Positions 61,629-64,000 of a stretch of DNA of 64,000 nucleotides are shown piece after piece. Origin of the DNA: Diadema antillarum (lineage: Eukaryota). Positions within the stretch are counted from its first letter, which is position 1; each line of letters opens with the position of its first letter. The stretch lies in NCBI RefSeq assembly GCF_040938485.1, contig NW_027270917.1:6820001-6884000 (forward strand). The letters are read 5' to 3'. Position numbers and translations under genes: made by a program. The notes under the pieces are model-generated. The model saw only the letters and a list, made by a program, of their open reading frames with translations, did no database searches and was not told where the DNA came from.

Positions 61629-64000
61629 ACACTTTCCCAATCTGTATGCACAGTCCGGTGAAAAGAAGACATGACAAACAGTGGTAGCCTGATCCAGGAA
61701 CAGCGACCTAACTCGATTGACACGACCTGATGACTTGCCCTCCTTTCCCCTCTGTGAAAACAATGCCTGCATACTTAGAAATCAAATAGCGCAGTTGTAT
61801 TTCGGAACAGAATGCACTGGCATAGATCTCCCAAAATCTGCTTTGCTCGAGCCTTGGAATGGAGTCATTCATTTGGCACAGAATGGTATCAGGACTGCGA
61901 CCCGTTTCAGGTCATTGCTCAGAGACCAAAACGATGTGATGGCGTGGCGGGAAGTTGTCGCTACATTAGACAATATCAATGACATAGCATATTGTATGCC
62001 TTTCTTGATGGTGCACAGTTATGGATTGAAGATTTCTGTAATGTATTCAGTTATTTTGCCTTGTGGATGTGAAATGCTGGGGAGGGGTCGGAGTAGATAT
62101 AGGCCTACTGCATGGTGGGCTCTACATGGACGTTCTTATGCTTGTAGCTTTATAGTATCCTTTGCTAAGAGTATTATTGTTGAAGTAGCAAAGCAAGATT
62201 TGAGAAGTCTGCCGGATTTTCCTACGGCAAACCCAAGGCTTCAGAGACATATGACATCATACACTGATATATATATTGCATACTCTTTTCAAATCCTGTG
62301 TAATCATAGGGATGGAAGGAAAAATCTCATTTCACTTTGGTCTTGGGAGATAAAAGTATTATTTTGCGTGTGAGGGCAAACAGTGAGCAAGATTTGGTTT
62401 GGGTTGAGTAAATTTAGCTAGCTGTGTTTACTCTCCTTACTCTAAGCTCAGCCATTCTCTCCCTGTATCGCCGTTGATCAAGCCAGACAGGGGCAATGGG
62501 AATCATTCACTGAAGTAAAAATAACCAGTACCTCAAGAGGAGGAGTTGAGGGGTCTTTGATAGGGACAGGTCAGTGTTTGGATTTGCGGTTTGCATATCA
62601 CTTGTTCCTGCTCCTCCGAAATTCATTCCCATCCAACAGCTCAACAAGTTCATTTAACATTTCCTATTACCCCCCCCCCCCCCTTTTTTTTTCTTTGCAG
62701 GTACATCGTGCAGCTATGTATAGTGATTTACCTTTTCCTTTCTTTCATTTTTGACCCCAGCAGCTTAAACCAGGGTCAGAGTATTATAGAGGCAGTAGTC
62801 ACCATCAGTTTTACAGATGACGATTACACCAACTTGTACAGGAGGCTACTGTAAATATGAATATTCCCCGCTGCTCAAGTAGGTCACCAGGTGTGTTAGA
62901 CTCCAATGCAGTCTTGCTCAAAACAGCTAGGGTAATATGATCCGATGCAGATGGTTGCAAACATGATTGAAATCATGCATATTTTTGATCTGCACATCAC
63001 TTTTGTTATTAATCCGGGTATACATGCAGTCAGGAAGGTAAACAAATAGTGTTTGCTGCCATTTCTTGTTCCCATTTTTTGAGAATATAGAAGCAATTTT
63101 CTTCCATGCAGAGCTGGAGCAACATTTACAGAAAAGATTTGGATAAAGGGTATTCATAATCATATATTTAGAGGGGCATCTCACATACAAAAAGGATTCA
63201 TATATCAAATCCTTTCAGAACACACTTCACTTGAGTTAATTTCGTAATTCTTAAAGCAAACTTGAATTTTGATTCTCTCCGAAATGACTCTCCGATGACA
63301 TCTACCCAGTCATGGTCTGGTTGTATTTTCCAATTGAGTTTTGCTTTAGAAATTCTGAGCCTGTGTATGTAGTCTGATTGGTTTCACACCTAAGAGAAGG
63401 TGGAGCTTAGCTAAACAACATACATTCACACCCTCATATTCTGTGTGTACATATGAAGAGTTGCATGTGATTGAAAGATGGTGGAGTTTGTGAGCTGCTG
63501 TTATGTTGAAAGTCCGTAGGAGTTGACAAAGAGTCTCATTCCAGTGTCTCTACATTCCGCAACATGTTTAGAGCCATGTTCCAGATACGGGGATTACATA
63601 CAATGACTTGTTACAGTCTGAAACACCTCCTATGGTTTAACGACTATAAGGTTTCTTACTCGCCGTTGCCAGGAAAACCTGAGGATTGGAAATACCCTGT
63701 AGGGGCCACTATTTGCAGAGATTAATTCCTCGCAAATATGCCCCCAACCTCTGACTTATGTCTTTCTCATTGGATAGTCAACAGTCATCGTGTTGACTGT
63801 CATGAACATTCTGTCGTCTGCTTCGTGTTCAAAGATGTTGAACATGGAGACATGAGGGAGACAACAAATTTGATTTCAATATGCACCTGATTTTGAACCC
63901 TGCATCAAGTTTTTTGAAAGGAGACCTGCCTTCAATATTGAATTGTCACCGGGAGAAAATCTAGATGAGATATTTTCCATTTGAAGGTACAAATTATTAT

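Noticed and set aside
62680-62860. Strong-looking acceptors at 62700 and 62760/62763 as the common second coding exon
   Set aside because: Phase-1 joining gives stops within a few codons in each case. They could still be non-coding or cryptic sites.

Overview
This is eukaryotic, AT-rich, repeat-dense genomic DNA from an invertebrate animal. The MITE/HINE repertoire and poly-G/C tracts suggest an echinoderm such as a sea urchin, but that is inference. There is no prokaryotic operon, rRNA, intact tRNA or CRISPR array. (1) Positions 536-10385 (+) hold the 3' ten coding exons of a RECQL4 (RecQ4) helicase gene: helicase motifs II-VI, the RecQ4 Zn-binding domain and the C-terminal domain, with all splice phases compatible. 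The last exon has an apparent 1-nt deletion in a G run at 10292-10294 that shifts the conserved RDRRFWR tail out of frame. (2) From about 26 kb to the window end, the sequence looks like the 5' region of a second, unidentified + strand gene. It has at least two CpG-rich candidate alternative first exons (26740-26770 and 42576-42666), both ending in phase-1 donors, and a very long first intron. (3) There are many non-autonomous DNA transposons: TTAA-targeting Kolobok-like and piggyBac-like elements that nest in and stack against each other, a Tc1 transposase relic, pogo/Tigger-like MITEs, a hAT-like element with an 8-bp TSD, and a Helentron-associated (HINE/DINE-1-like) element. Three of these are associated with internal tandem arrays. 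Two assembly gaps lie at 23835-24017 and 48027-48166.
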